NCBI RefSeq assembly: GCF_902652985.1
Contig: NC_047027.1
Span: forward strand, 32,116,001-32,180,000
Length of the DNA: 64,000 nt
DNA from: Pecten maximus
Lineage: Eukaryota
Direction: 5' to 3'
This document shows, piece by piece, positions 40,945 through 55,125 of this stretch. Numbering within the stretch: the stretch's first letter is position 1; the number at the start of each line of letters is the position of its first letter. Below the pieces are notes generated by a model. That model did no database searches and was not told the DNA's origin. It was given only the letters and a program-made list of their open reading frames with translations. Both the position numbers and the translations under genes were made by a program.

Positions 40945-43512
40945 ATACTGCAATAGAGCTGTGTGTTACCCTCCCCCACCCCCAGCCCTACCTACTACTG
41001 TAATAGAGGTGTGTGTTACCCTCCCCCACCCCCAGTCCTACCTACCTACTACTGTAATAGAGGTGTGTGTTACCCTCCCCCACCCCCAGTCCTACCTACC
41101 TACTACTGTAATAGAGGTGTGTGTTACCCTCCCCCACCCCCAGTCCTACCTACCTACTACTGTAATAGAGGTGTGTGTTACTCTCCCCCACCCCCAGTCC
41201 TACCTACTACTGTAATAGAGGTGTGTGTTACCCTCCCCCACCCCCAGTCCTATCTACTACTGTAATAGAGGTGTGTGTTTCCCTCCCCCACCCCCAGTCC
41301 TACATACCTACTACTGTAATAGAGCTGTGTGTAACCCTCCCCCACCCCCAGTCCTATCTACTACTGTAATATAGCTGTGTGTTACCCTCCCCACCCCAGT
41401 CCTATCTACTACTGTAATAGAGGTGTGTGTTTCCCTCCCCCACCCCCAGTCCTACATACCTACTACTGTAATAGAGGTGTGTGTTACCCTCCCCCACCCC
41501 CAGTCCTACCTACCTGCTACTGTAATAGAGGTGTGTGTTACCCTCCCCCACCCCCAGTCCTACATACCTACTACTGTAATAGAGGTGTGTGTTACCCTCC
41601 CCCACCCCCAGTCCTACCTACTACTGTAATAGAGGTGTGTGTTACCCTCCCCCACCCCCAGTCCTACATACCTACTACTGTAATAGAGGTGTGTGTTACC
41701 CTCCCCCACCCCCAGTCCTACCTACCTACTACTGTAATAGAGGTGTGTGTTACCCTCCCCCACCCCCAGCCCTACCTACTACTGTAATAGAGGTGTGTGT
41801 TACACTCCCTCACCCCCAGTCCTACCTACTACTGTAATAGTGGTGTGTGTTACCCTCCCCACCCCCAGTCCTACCTACCTACTACTGTAATAGAGGTGTG
41901 TGTTACCCTCCCCCACCCCCAGTCCTACCTACCTACTACTGTAATAGAGGTGTGTGTTACCCTCCCCCTCCCCCACCCCCAGTCCTACCTACTACTGTAA
42001 TAGAGGTGTGTGTTACCCTCCCCCACCCCCAGTCCTACCTATCTACTACTGTAATAGAGGTGTGTGTTACCCTCCCCCACCCCCAGTCCTACCTACCTAC
42101 TACTGTAATAGAGCTGTGTGTTACCCTCCCCACCCCCAGTCCTACCTACTACTGTAATAGAGGTGTGTGTTACCCTCCCCCACCCCCAGTCCTACCTACT
42201 ACTGTAATAGTGGTGTGTGTTACCCTCCCCCACCCCAGTCCTACCTACCTACTACTGTAATAGAGCTGTGTGTTACCCTCCCCCACCCCCAGTCCTACCT
42301 ACTACTGTAATAGAGGTGTGTGTTACCCTCCCCCACCCCCAGTCCTACCTACCTACTACTGTAATAGAGGTGTGTGTTACCCTCCCCCACCCCCAGTCCT
42401 ACCTACTACTGTAATAGAGGTGTGTGTTACACTCCCCCACCCCCAGTCCTACCTACCTACTACTGTAATAGAGGTGTGTGTTACCCTCCCCCACCCCCAG
42501 TCCTACCTACTACTGTAATAGAGGTGTGTGTTACCCTCCCCCACCCCCAGTCCTACCTACCTACTACTGTAATAGAGGTGTGTGTTACCCTCCCCCACCC
42601 CCAGTCCTACCTACTACTGTAATAGAGGTGTGTGTTACCCTCCCCCACCCCCAGTCCTACCTACCTACTACTGTAATAGAGCTGTGTGTTACCCTCCCCC
42701 ACCCCCAGTCCTACCTACCTACTACTGTAATAGAGGTGTGTGTTACCCTCCCCCACCCCCAGTCCTACCTACTACTGTAATAGAGGTGTGTGTTACCTTC
42801 CCCCACCCCCAGTCCTACCTACTACTGTAATAGAGGTGTGTGTTACCCTCCCCCACCCCCAGTCCTACCTACTACTGTAATAGAGGTGTGTGTTACCCTC
42901 CCCCACCCCCAGTCCTACCTACCTACTACTGTAATAGAGGTGTGTGTTACCCTCCCCCACCCCCAGTCCTACCTACCTACTACTGTAATAGAGGTGTGTG
43001 TTACCCTCCCCCACCCCCAGTCCTACCTACCTACTACTGTAATAGAGCTGTGTGTTACCCTCCCCCACCCCCAGTCCTACCTACCTACTGTAATAGAGGT
43101 GTGTGTTACCCTCCCCCACCCCCAGTCCTACATACCTACTACTGTAATAGAGCTGTGTGTTACCCTCCCCCCACCCCCAGTCCTACCTACCTACTGAAAT
43201 AGAGGTGTGTGTTACCCTCCCCCACCCCCAGTCCTACATACCTACTACTGTAATAGAGGTGTGTGTTACCCTCCCCCACCCCCAGTCCTACCTACTACTG
43301 TAATAGAGGCTGTGTGTTACCCTCCCCCCCCCCCAGTCCTACCTACTACTGTAATAGAGGTATGTGTTACCCTCCCCCCCCCCCAGTCTACCTACCTACT
43401 ACTGTAATAGAGGTGTATGTTACCCTCCCCCACCCCCAGTCCTACCTACCTACTACTGTAATATAGGTGTATGTTACCCTCCCCCACCCCCCAGTCCTAC
43501 CTACCTACTACA
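40945..43512. repeat. 50/54-bp C-rich minisatellite (tgtaatagaggtgtgtgttaccctcccccacccccagtcctac(ctac)ctactac)
   Basis: Directly visible; unit lengths shift frame, producing fragmented repeat ORFs. Confidence 0.97.
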
Positions 43513-43799
43513 GTAAAAGACAGGGGTATAAGATATATTTACCATGTGTCGTTTCCTAATCTCTCTCTGTTGGAGAAAGTGCTGTAGTATTTAAGTGTTG
43601 GCAACATTTCTAAAGATTTATTTTCTCAGACTTCAAGAAGCTTTTTCTAATGTTACATATATCAGACAGTAGCATTAGTATTGTAGCTGTATTTTTGTGA
43701 CAAACATCTGATGAATAAACAAACAATAAATAGATAAAGATGTGGTAAACAAAACAACGGAATTAAAGAAGATCAAGTAACAAAACAGTTTGCTAAAGA

Positions 43800-43980
43800 C
43801 TTTTTCATACTTTTTAAAAATATCTGGGCATGTGAATTAATCATTAATCTTTCTGTAATTTTTTTCTTACTTTTAAAAATATCTTGGCATGTGAATTAAT
43901 CATGAATCTTTCTGTAAACTTTTTCTGATTTTTTTAAAAAATATCAGGGCATGTGAATTAATCATGAGTATTATGTAATC
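43800..43980. repeat. ~60-bp tandem repeat, 3 copies (ggcatgtgaattaatcat)
   Basis: Directly visible. Confidence 0.85.
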
Positions 43981-44984
43981 TTTAGATTTAAAAGGTTTAT
44001 ATTAATTAATTCAATGTTCAAAGACATTAGTGATAGGAGAAATGTAGAGGAATCATTTTGGTTGACTACCAGACGACCTTTGGAAGGAGATGGTCCTTAG
44101 ATTATAGCGCTGTAGAATGAATGCCTAGATTTTAAAGGTGTCAGGTTCTGGAAAGTACTTAAATAATTATTTTTACTAAATTATGGATGTTGATGGGGTT
44201 TCAGTTCTGGTTAGGCTGTGTGTGTGTTGGCAGAGTTAAGCAGGCCTTGTTGTTTTCGTTGTGCCTATAAATAGTTTGTACTGTACATGATTCAGGCGTC
44301 TGTGGTGGTGTTTTGTGATAGAGAGGTATATTTTGATTACATCATTAACAGGAGGTGATGCACTCGCTGATAATATCTGATGTCAAATTCCCGCCTCTGA
44401 TGTGATAGGCTATTGGACATTTTCTTTGTCGGACATGAACCTCAGACATGGGCACGTGTCGTTTATCAAGTGTATAAAACGGTAGATTTCGCCAGCTAGG
44501 TCGAAATGGAATTCCTAGGATAATATATCACATTGTGTGTTTTATAAAAAAAAAAATGATGTGATGAACTACATAATAATTTCTTTGGCAGGATGATAAA
44601 ACATGTTTTTTATTGCTTAATTCTATTTCACGATAAAATATTTAGACTAGCGACAGAAAAGAATACGAGAATTCCAAATGGCTTTTTATCTCTGTATCAA
44701 TGCTGACTGTATGTTAGATTTAAAGTGTGGATGACCTGAGGGCCGTAAAAACTGGCATCCATTTTTACAGTGACCATGTCATTTAGGAATATACTTTGTT
44801 GTTGATGACGTAATCAATATAAATACATGGTTTTAAATGTAATAAAATATTCATTTCATTGGAGATTTTGTGAACCAATTATTAGAAGTGTTTGAAAGCC
44901 TTTTTATCAAATCAGAAACTTATATTTTGACAGAATTTGAAGTAAAATGCGGTGAAATATCAAACATTACATCATTGTCCATAA

Positions 44985-45195
44985 GTGTATTATGACATCA
45001 CAAGTACATTATTACATCATAAATATATTATGACATCACAATTCCATGATGACATCACAAGAAACTTGATATCATAAGTGTATTATGACATCACAATTCC
45101 ATTATGACATCACAAATATATGACATTACAAGTACATTATGACATCACAAGCATATTGTGACATCACATCACAAGTAAATGATGACCTTACAATT
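44985..45195. repeat. Degenerate ~20-bp repeat with tatgacatcacaa core
   Basis: Directly visible. Confidence 0.82.
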
Positions 45196-46004
45196 TCTGA
45201 CTTCAGCACTGTGGGCCAGTGAGTAGTGGGCGCTTTATTGATCAGCGCACTTACACAGAATTTATAAGAACAGACTTTTACTCTGGCAACAGAAAAAAAC
45301 CCACCAAAAACAAAACATCTGTTTGGTAATCATAATTAAGATCCTGTTATTTTTTGCTGCTGAAAAACTTGACCTGTCATCAATGTCTGTAAAATGTTTG
45401 ACTCTCAGCCTCTGTTATTGGACATACTATTGGGACTGTTATGATTATATATAACTAGGAAAACAAAATCTCATCGCAGAATTCTGTAAATTCAATTTAC
45501 ACATAATTTCATGCACGTGCCAAAAATTATTTACTCAGTGAGATGGCTGGTGAAGGCGTTTTTGTTTGAGATAGATTACTGCAGCATGCAAACTGAGAGA
45601 AAAATGTAATTTCCAAAATGCTCTATGGTCTATTTTCACCTTGCTGTCTGCATCTGGTAAATGTTTGAGTCTATCATCAAGTTACCTGGACCTTGAAAGC
45701 ACTACCAGGCATGTGATGGGGCTGAAGTGTGATATTTTTCTGGTATGTTGACTTAATCTGAACTAAGGCATTTAGGTGCTGCCTCTACAGGTACAGAGGG
45801 TGAGGAATTATCATCCCGTAGGGAAAACATTGCTACCAGGCGTTGAAAAAGTACAGTCAAACTGGAGAATGTTTTATACTAAATTGATATGTAGATAAGA
45901 TAATGTAAGCCTGCTGTGGCTGTGAAATAACCTTGATATATAACTTGGTGTAACGGTGTGGGCTTGTTAGTTTTGGTGATTCATCGGTCAAATTTACAGT
46001 TTAG

Positions 46005-46575
46005 TACAAATTAAACCATACCAAAAATTGCAGTCAAAACTTATCCCCCAGAATTAGTAAGACAAATCCACACCAAACTTTACAGTTAAAACATATCCTC
46101 CAGAATAGTAGAACAAATTTACACCAAACATTGCAGTCAAAACTTATCCTCCAGAATCCATACTAAACAGTGTAATCAAAACTTATCCTCCAGAATAGTA
46201 AGACAAATCCACACCAAACATTACAGTTAAAACATATCCTCCAGAATAGTAGAACAAATTTACACCAAATATTGCAGTCAAAACGTACCTCCAGAATCCA
46301 TACTAAACAGTGTAATCAAAACTTATCCTCCAGAATAGTAAGACAGATTTACACCAAACATTGCAGTAAAAACTTATCCTCCAGAATAGTAAGACAAATC
46401 CACACCAAACATTACATTTAAATCATATCCTCCAGAATTGTAGAACAAATTTACACCAAATATTGCAGTCAAAATTTATCCTCCAGAATGCATACTAAAC
46501 ATTGTAATCAAAACTTATCCTCTAGAATAGTACGACAAATCCAACCAAAACATTGCAGTCTAAACTTATCTCAGA
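46005..46575. repeat. Compound ~51/39-bp repeat (aaaacttatcctccagaat...)
   Basis: Directly visible. Confidence 0.88.
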
Positions 46576-46969
46576 ATGAGACTTGAATTCATAATGATTA
46601 TCCTGTGATATAACCATACCTTGCCAGTCCATGCCTATTACATATCAGCTAAAACACTACAGTACTTAAACTCTGCCCCGACCTTATGTTAAATTCCTGT
46701 GTTAAATGGATCTTCAGACTATTACAGGATATATCTCTCTACACATGTTTAAACGGGGTTGGATATAGACTTCTGGATAATAACTAAATGTCGATATCGA
46801 TGCATCGAACATAACCTGTTTTGACGAAGTGGGAACCAATGATTAGATAACGTTGTACATCGTGTCGAATCAATATGTAAGCTAAAACACTTTTCTTAAA
46901 ACTTTTATTACGGGAAAATCACAAAAATACTCTAAAATCAATTAAATTTTTTCAATTTTTTTGGAATTT

Positions 46970-47125
46970 TTATATGCATATAAGCGGGAGCCGGTGTTTT
47001 AGTCGATGCAAATACACGGGATTAAAATACAAAGATAAAGAAGAAAAAAATCGGGACCTGAGAATTTTATGCAAATAAGCGGGATATTCAAATAACCGAT
47101 ATGCAAATAAGTGGGCTCCTCTGTA
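46970..47125. mobile_element. Probable Tc1/pogo-like MITE right end with repeated atgcaaataagcggg subterminal motifs
   Basis: Ends ...gtgggctcctCTG|TA; four related atgca(a/t)at..cggg motifs. Left end not identified. Confidence 0.45.
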
Positions 47126-47867
47126 TATCATGAGTATTGAATACCCAAGTCTACTCACATTATAACTTACCAACCTAACATGTTTTATCTGATCCAAAAG
47201 GCTGTAAGTATTATATCATCAACTTTACTGCATTAAAATATATCAATTTTTAATGAAATAAAATACATGTAGATTAAATTTGAATATACAATGTATATTA
47301 CAAAATTTGAATTGTCTCAATTCTCTTAAGTCTAGGTATCTGAAAACCTCCCCGCTACAGAATCCCCATACCTATGCAACAGTATACTCTATGAAAAAGT
47401 TAGGAGGCATCTGCAAAACAGCTATATATGTCACAGTATCTATGATATTGACCTTTCATTGATGTTGATGACTTCTGAGTTTGTGGTTAAAACTGTGACC
47501 ATATCTTATAGTTTGATTCCAGAAATCAGAGCTTGTTTGATTTTCCTTGGCTAATTTCAACAGGCGTTTTCACTTTAGATGTGATATCTTGAAATTTACT
47601 TGGCAAAATAATAGAATCTTAAAATAACTCAACACGACATCCAGAGAGGCTTCAGGTCCATGAAAAAGCGTTTGCTTTCGATCAACTGCTTGTATTCGTA
47701 AAATCAATGTGAGAGAAGAAATGCTGCCAACACGATGAGATAATGGATTGTAGTACTGGTAGGTTTTCTCTTGTTTCTCTAGGAAAGTACCAGTTTGTTA
47801 GTTTGTAATGTACGTAATACTGTTTTATGTCGGTACCAAATGTTAGCTGTGAGAATTACAGCCAGAG

Positions 47868-48530
47868 TAATATTTACAGTGGTATAGTAATTGCCATGGT
47901 AACGGTGGGCCACCAAAGTAACTTTCTGTTACCATAGTAACGTTTACAGCGCTACAGTAATTGCCATGGTAACACTGGGTCACCAAAGTAACTTTCTGTT
48001 ACCATAGTAACATTTACAGTGGTATAGTAATTGCCATGGTAACACTGGGTCACCAAAGTAACTTTCTGTTACCATAGTAATATTTACAGTAGTTTAGTAA
48101 TTACCATGATAACACTGGGTCACCAGAGTAACTTTCTGTTACCAAAGTAACATTTACAGTGGTATAGTAATTACCATGGTAGCACTGGGTCACCAGAGTA
48201 ATTTCTGTTACCATAGTAACAGTTACCATGTGATACAGGTCACTTTTACTGCAATTACAATGGTACTTTGTTTCAGCTTAACACTTAATTACCATGGTAA
48301 CGATGGTAACACTGCTACTAGAGTAAAACTTGGTTACCATGGTAACACTGTTACTAGAGTAAAACTTGGTTACCATGGTAACAATAGTAACACTGTTACT
48401 AGAGTAAAACTTGGTAACCATGGTAACAATGGTAACACTGTTACTATAGTAAAACTTGGTTACCATGGTAACAATGGTAACACTGTTACTATAGTAAAAC
48501 ATGGTTACCATTATATTATTCTTGGTTACC
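47868..48530. repeat. 70-bp repeat (x5) followed by a 36/45-bp repeat, both built on ccatggtaac / gttaccat
   Basis: Period 70 at 47871, 47941, 48011, 48081, 48151; palindrome GTTACCATGGTAAC at 48333-48346 and later copies. Confidence 0.92.
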
Positions 48531-49349
48531 ACAGAAACATACTGTTATCATGTTAACATCGGACCACTATATTAACAGGTGTTCAGACATTGCATGGACC
48601 TTTTATTCGTTATATTTACTTTTAGAGGTTTAGAAATTCTTTACCTATAATTAATGTCTTACCTGTTTCCTGCCTTCCCTAGATGGCCCAGCAGGTGATG
48701 TATATATATATAATGTATATATATAATGTTGTTGAGGGGTGCTGTCTGTGTACTCTCTGTATGAGGAGCTACTGTAGTACTGATTGGAGTCTGGGAGAAA
48801 GTGTTTCTTTTAAAGATTGATTATGTTTCAATCACAGAAGTGCTTAATGTTTCTTTCAATGTTTTTGTTCTTCTGCTTCAATTTGGAAATCTAATTGGAA
48901 ATATCGAAAAACACGAAACACTTTGATGAAGTGATTTTATATGTTTTAAATGTCAGTAGTTCTGTCTGTAGTAACCGACTCTCTGTAGATCAGTATAACA
49001 CTTCTTATTCAATAGTCCTGGATATTGTACTGGCTAGAAATGGAGGTGCAGGAAAAAACATTACCTCAGGAATAAATTGGAAGTGGTTCATCTCAACTTT
49101 GAAAGATGCATATATTTTTTTCATATCACACAGAAATGATATGATTGACAGCTATAAGTAGAGGGAAACTTACAATTATAACCAATCAGAGGTCTTGTTG
49201 AATTCAGCTCTGACTGGTTTTGATGTCTTTGTTGATAAGAACTAAAGCTGTGTGCTTGTCTCTTATAAACATCACCTGATGATGTGGAAATGGTTTGGAC
49301 CATTCTTCATGATTTGTACTGATGGGAATGTTATTTTCTTGGACTGATA

Positions 49350-50372
49350 ATGAGACATTGGTAGCCATGGTTTGTACTGACGGTCGTTGAGACATTGTAG
49401 CGGTAATTTGTACTGACGGGTCGTTGAGACATTGGTAGCTATGGTTTGTACTGACAATCATTGAGACATTGGTAGCAATAGTTTGTACTGACTGTCGTTG
49501 AGACATTGGTAGCTATGGTTTGTACTGACGGTCATTGAGACATTGGTAGCCATGGTTTGTACTGACGGTCGTTGAGACATTGGTAGCCATGGTTTGTACT
49601 GATAGTCGTTGAGACATTGGTAGCCATGGTTTGTACTGACGGTCGTTGAGACATTGGTAGCTATGGTTTGTACTGACGGTCATTGAGACATTGGTAGCCA
49701 TGGTTTGTACTGACGGTCGTTGAGACATTGGTAGCCGTAGTTTATACTGATAGTCATTAAGACATTGGTAGCCATGGTTTGTACAGACGGTCATTGAGAC
49801 ATTGGTAGCCGTAGTTTGTACTGAAAGCCATTAAGACATTGATAGCCATGGTTTGTACTGACGGTCGTTGAGACATTGGTAGCCATGGCTTGTACTGAAG
49901 GTCGTTGAGACATTGGTAGCCATGGTTTGTACTGACGGTCATTAAGACATTGGTAGCCATGGTTTGAACTGACGGTCGTTGAGACATTGGTAGCCATGGT
50001 TTGTACTGACGGTCGTTGAGACATTGATAGCCATGGTTTGTACTGACAATCATTGAGACATTGGTAGCCATGGTTTGTACTGACGGTCATTGAGACATTG
50101 GTAGCCATGGTTTGTACTGACGGTCGTTGAGACATTGGTAGCCATGGTTTGTACTGACGGTCCTTGAGACATTGGTAGCCATGGTTTGTACTGACGGTCG
50201 TTGAGACATTGGTAGCCATGGTTTGTACTGACAATCATTGAGACATTGGTAGCCATCGTTTGTACTGACGGTCGTTGAGACATTGGTAGACATGGTTTGT
50301 ACTGACAGACGTTGAGACATTGGTAGCCATGATTTGTACTGACGGTCGTTGAGACAATGGTTGCCATGGTAC
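49350..50372. repeat. 37-bp minisatellite (gagacattggtagccatggtttgtactgacggtcgtt)
   Basis: Directly visible; degenerate copies trail to ~50615. Confidence 0.96.
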
Positions 50373-51399
50373 TTATGGGTCATTGGTTTTTGGACTGATA
50401 GAGATCCATTTAGTCATTGGTAACGAAAGTTCGTACTAACAGGTTGTTGGTTTTTGAACCATGTAGCTATGGTTTGTACTTTCATTCACACATTAGTAGC
50501 CATGGTACTTACAGGTCGTTGGTTTTCAGACCAATAGTGATTCATTCAGACATTGGTAGTCGTAGTTTGTACTTACGGGTCGTTGGGCTTTGGATCCATT
50601 CAGATATTGGTAGCCAGCGGTGTGTTTATAAGTGACTGAGTTTGCTGGTTTGTATTAAGGAATCATCCCCTGTGTTTGTATAAGACAGCCTCACCACCTG
50701 ATTCTTCACCAGGAGGACACATGTAGCTCATCACTCTCCTCCTCCAGTCACACAATCATATACGCTGGACTATAGTGGAAAATAATGGCTCTGTGTTAAT
50801 TTGAGCAACATTCTCAAAATTCCCATTTTAAAGTAATTTTGGGATTTTATTGTGTATTCTCTAGAATTAATGTTTATTATTATCGATGCCAGGACTTGCT
50901 CACATTCTGGGTCACTTTTATGAAGAAAGAAAAGACACCTGTATGTGTCACAATTTGGAGTGATACTTTCTTTTAGTTCATCTCCAATTCTGTGCTTCAC
51001 ATCATTGTGGATGTGTGATTACAAATCGGTGGAGACCTTTGTTTGATACAAACTCTTAAACCACAGATCTATATAAATGTTGGTTATTTCTAAGGAATGA
51101 TAAATGGTAAACAGCATACTCAGATACATCAGTGTGAATTTGAAGTGAGGAACCTTATGAAGATTGGGTGTGTTACGGTGTACAGATGTGAGCTGTTCCT
51201 CTAACCCATTTCCATCCGGATGTGTAAACTCAGGGTCTTTGAGGAAATATGATTGATTGATGGAGATGATGCTCACCATATCTTAGTTATCATCTTCGAC
51301 AGCTGACAAAACCATTCTAGTAACAAAAGTGTGTTTGGCTGTAGTAATGGATCGTGATAAGAGGATGGGGAAAAGGGCACTGAACCCACTGTATACTGG

Positions 51400-51962
51400 G
51401 AATACAGGTAATCTTTGTTGACATAGGTAACATAAGTTAAAACAGGTAGCCATTTTTAATACAGGTAACTATTGTTAATACAGGTAATCATTGTTAATAC
51501 AGGTAACTATTGTTAATACAGGTAACCATTGTCAATACAGGTAACTATCTTATATACAGGTAACCATCTTACATACATGTAACCTTTGTTAATACAGATA
51601 GCCATTGTTAATACAGGTAATTATCTTATATACAGGTAACTATCTTATATACAGGTAACCATCTTATATACAGGTAACCTTCGTTCATACATGTAACCTT
51701 TCATTGTTGATCAGGTAACTTCAGGTAGCTGTTGCTGATTCAGGTAACATATCCTATTGTTAATACAGGCTTTTTTCCCTCCAATCATTAATACAGGTAA
51801 TTATCTTATATACAGGTAACATATCCTATTGTTAATACAGGTAATTATCTTATATACAGGTAACATATCCTATTGTTAATACAGGTAACTATCTTATATG
51901 CAGGTAACATATCCTATTGTTAATACAGGCTTTCTTCCCTCCAATCGTTAATACAGGTAACA
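51400..51962. repeat. Degenerate ~20-bp repeat with atacaggtaac core
   Basis: Directly visible. Confidence 0.88.
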
Positions 51963-52124
51963 CTCGTGTCAACATTCAGTGTCAGGGATAGAAATCAATA
52001 TAACCACATCTTAGATTGTGGTAAAAGTCAAAACCAACTTTTGGGAGGGTCCATCAGAGTCTAGAAATTAGTCAATGTAGTTTGAAATATCTGGTTTAAT
52101 CATTTAATCAGTTAATATTTGGGA

Positions 52125-52832
52125 TGGAGGGATACTGGTGAGGAGAGGGGTTACCTGTGATGGGAGGGTGAAGTTGAGGATGTGGGGGTTACTGGTGAGG
52201 GGAGAAGTTTACTAGTGAGGGGAGAGTTACCATTGGTAGGGGTACGTACCAGAGAGCGGAGGGGGTTACTTAGTGAGGGGAGGGGTACGTACCGGAGAGA
52301 GGAAGGGTATGTACCAGAGAGGGGAGGGGTATGTATCAGAGAGAGAAGGGGTACGTATCAGAGAGGGGAGGGGTACGTATCAGAGAGGGGAGGGGTACGT
52401 ATCAGAGAGGAGAGGGGGTTACTAGTGAGGGGAGGGGTACGTACCGGAGAGAGGAGGGGTATGTACCAGAGAGGGGAGGGGTATGTATCAGAGAGAGAAG
52501 GGGTACGTATCAGAGAGGGGAGGGGTACGTATCAGAGAGGGGAGGGGTACGTATCAGAGAGGGGAGGGGTATGTATCAGAGAGGAGAGGGGGTTACTAGT
52601 GAGGGGAGGGGTACGTACCAGAGAGGGGAGGGGTACGTACCAGAGAGGGGAGGGGTACGTACCAGAGAGGGGAGGGGTACGTACCAGAGACGGGAAGGGT
52701 ACGTACCAGAGACGGGAAGGGTACGTACCAGAGACGGGAAGGGTACGTACCAGAGACGGGAAGGGTACGTACCAGAGACGGGAAGGGTACGTACCAGAGA
52801 CAGGAAGGGTACGTACCAGAGACGGGAAGGGT
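52125..52832. repeat. 22-bp purine-rich minisatellite (gggtacgtaccagagaggggag)
   Basis: Directly visible; explains the R/G-rich ORFs. Confidence 0.93.
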
Positions 52833-53149
52833 TGATATTCTGGATGAGTAACTCAGTCTGATAGTAACAATATGACGCTTTATGTTTGATGTAACTGTAA
52901 TGATTGGACTGCCCTGTCCATCAGGTCTCAATCAGTCAATCAGGGTCTCATTATAGGGCCACCAGGGGGCGTCAGCATCACAGCTTACCATCATCATTCA
53001 TTACCAGTGAGAGGCATTGGGCCTTAATTGATTTAGCAGGCAGTGTTAAGTGGTTCATAGCTGAGGAGGGCACTGGAGCATGAAATAGACTTTCTGAAAA
53101 TCTTATCTCTTATTCATTGTGAAGCAATTATATTAAGCTTCTTTACCAT

Positions 53150-53522
53150 GATAACCTTCTGTCTAATTTCTACTTTAATTCTGATAACCTAGAAAATTTC
53201 TACCCATGATTTGATGACCTCTTAAATAATTTCTACTCATGATTTGATAACCTCCTTAATAATTTCTACTCTAGATCTGATAACCTCCTAAATAATTTCT
53301 ATTCTAGATCTGATAACCTCTTAAATAATTTCTACTCTAGATCTGATAACATCCTAAATAATTTCTACTCCAGATCTGATAACCTCCTGAATAGTTTTCA
53401 CTCTAGATCTGATAACCTCCTAAATAATTTCCATTCTAGATCTGATAACATCCTAAATAATTTCCATTCTAAATCTGATAACCTTCTAAATAATTTCCAC
53501 TCTAGATCTGAAGACCTCCTAA
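53150..53522. repeat. 33-bp minisatellite (ctagatctgataacctcctaaataatttctact)
   Basis: Directly visible. Confidence 0.9.
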
Positions 53523-54106
53523 ACAAGCACAGGTGAGGAGAGCAGGCCCTTATCCAACCTCTTTGTAAGTCTTCATCCTTTCCATCTGGTGCCAGACTAT
53601 TATCAAGGTTAAGTGAAGCTCCCATATCCTCAAGGGTCCCTCAGCTTATGCAGGCACTCCACTTCTGCTCACTGCCACTGGTCAGATGCAACCAGTAAAG
53701 CTGACCAGTGCTGACCAGCAGCCATTCTTACCCCTGATACTGCTACTATTATGTTCTCAGTAAAGCTGACCAGCGCTGCCTGTTTAGTGCTGATAACCAT
53801 AATCTCTGGCTAATGACTCCCTAATGGGCCGTGTAGACCAGTGTAAGTCTGCGTCTATCAAGTGTCCAGTCATAGGAAGTGTTCAGCTGTCCAGTCTGAG
53901 ATAGGAAGTCCTGCTGTTCCTGGAGCAGACAGATCAGTGTAATGGCTGAGTACACTTAGTTATTACTCCCAGACCTCTCCACATCAGCAGGTTTGTGTAA
54001 ACAGAATGTGGTGCACATTATTGGTTAGTTAAGAGCATTTGAACCCTGCCATCAAAGATCTAAGTCAATAATGAAAGTCCTCTCTGTATAAACTGAGGAA
54101 TAGGTA

Positions 54107-54461
54107 AACTTTATTTATTTTATAACAATTGTGATACAAGTTATATCAAGCACTCTTGTTGGCCTGGATGGATATCTGCTGGGAGGGGTCGTTCTGTGGG
54201 AGGAAACCAGAGAGCTGTCCTTGATTGACCTTGGTTGTTAATATGAAGTGCTGTCCTTGAATGACCATGGCTGTTAACAGGACAGCTGTCCTTGGATGAC
54301 CTTGGCTGTTAATAGGAAGTTAAACAATTTTAAACCAAACCAAACCCAGAGAAACCTACATGGTCAGACAGGTCATTCCAATACTTTTTCACGTAGGATT
54401 GGGAATTGAACAATGGCTGCCTTGGTTAAAGACAAGTGTATAACTGCTGTGCCACCCGACC
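54107..54461 (-). mobile_element. tRNA-derived SINE (family B, V-like core) interrupted by a family-A 3' fragment
   Basis: Minus strand: ggtcgggtggcacagcagtta...gttcaattcc...gtaggtttctctggg [insert] ctctggtttcctcccacag...ataaaaataaataaag. Confidence 0.7.
54213..54344 (+). mobile_element. 5'-truncated family-A SINE tail, triplicated
   Basis: gtccttg.atgacc.tggctgttaa x3, then taggaagttaaac...aaaccaaacc, matching 31510-31569. Confidence 0.75.
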
Positions 54462-55125
54462 ATACTCACCCTGTAGAGTAGGTGAGATACAGGCCCAGAG
54501 AGCCTCTTGTATTTTGATGTACTTTATCAAGAATAAATGAAGCAACATGGAGGACACATTCCTCTTACTCAGTCTAAGGAACATGGCCATACACAATGTG
54601 TGACGGAGGCTATATCAAACACTCGGCTCCTGTACATAAGTCAACTTGTAACTTTATGTTACCCCTGTATGATATTATAGTGTTATCCTTCAATCCCAGC
54701 TTCGGTTTTGGTTTTTGCTTCTGTCTCGACTTTGACCTCTCTCTCGACCTCCGTCCTGACTATCTAGGGAGACACAGAATGGGCCTGATCTCTGGACAAG
54801 TATATCTGAACCAGAGTGCTGGCTTAGTGCTAGCCAGCCAAACTCTTACCCCAGGGCCTATGTTTGATTATTTTTTCGGCATAGCCATATATGCAATCTT
54901 ATTATCACCAAAAATGATTCAAACTGATTTGTTATCATTGCTGAAACCCATTAATTTGTTAATCTATTGAACCAGCAGTTTAACATTATAACCACCAGCA
55001 TTAAAACTATGCCGTTTATCTTTTTTAAAGATATTTCTTGTTCCACTTACTTAAAAAAACATAAGGTGTTGTGAAACCTTTTCATCATTAACCTTTATAA
55101 ATGTCCCATGAAATGTGCATCAAAA

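Noticed and set aside
40961-43466. Extensin/adhesive-like YYCNRGVCYPPPPPVLPT ORFs
   Set aside because: 50/54-bp units shift frame constantly; no frame preservation or signal peptide.
52182-52931. RGG-rich ORFs
   Set aside because: 22-bp purine repeat that is open in several frames.
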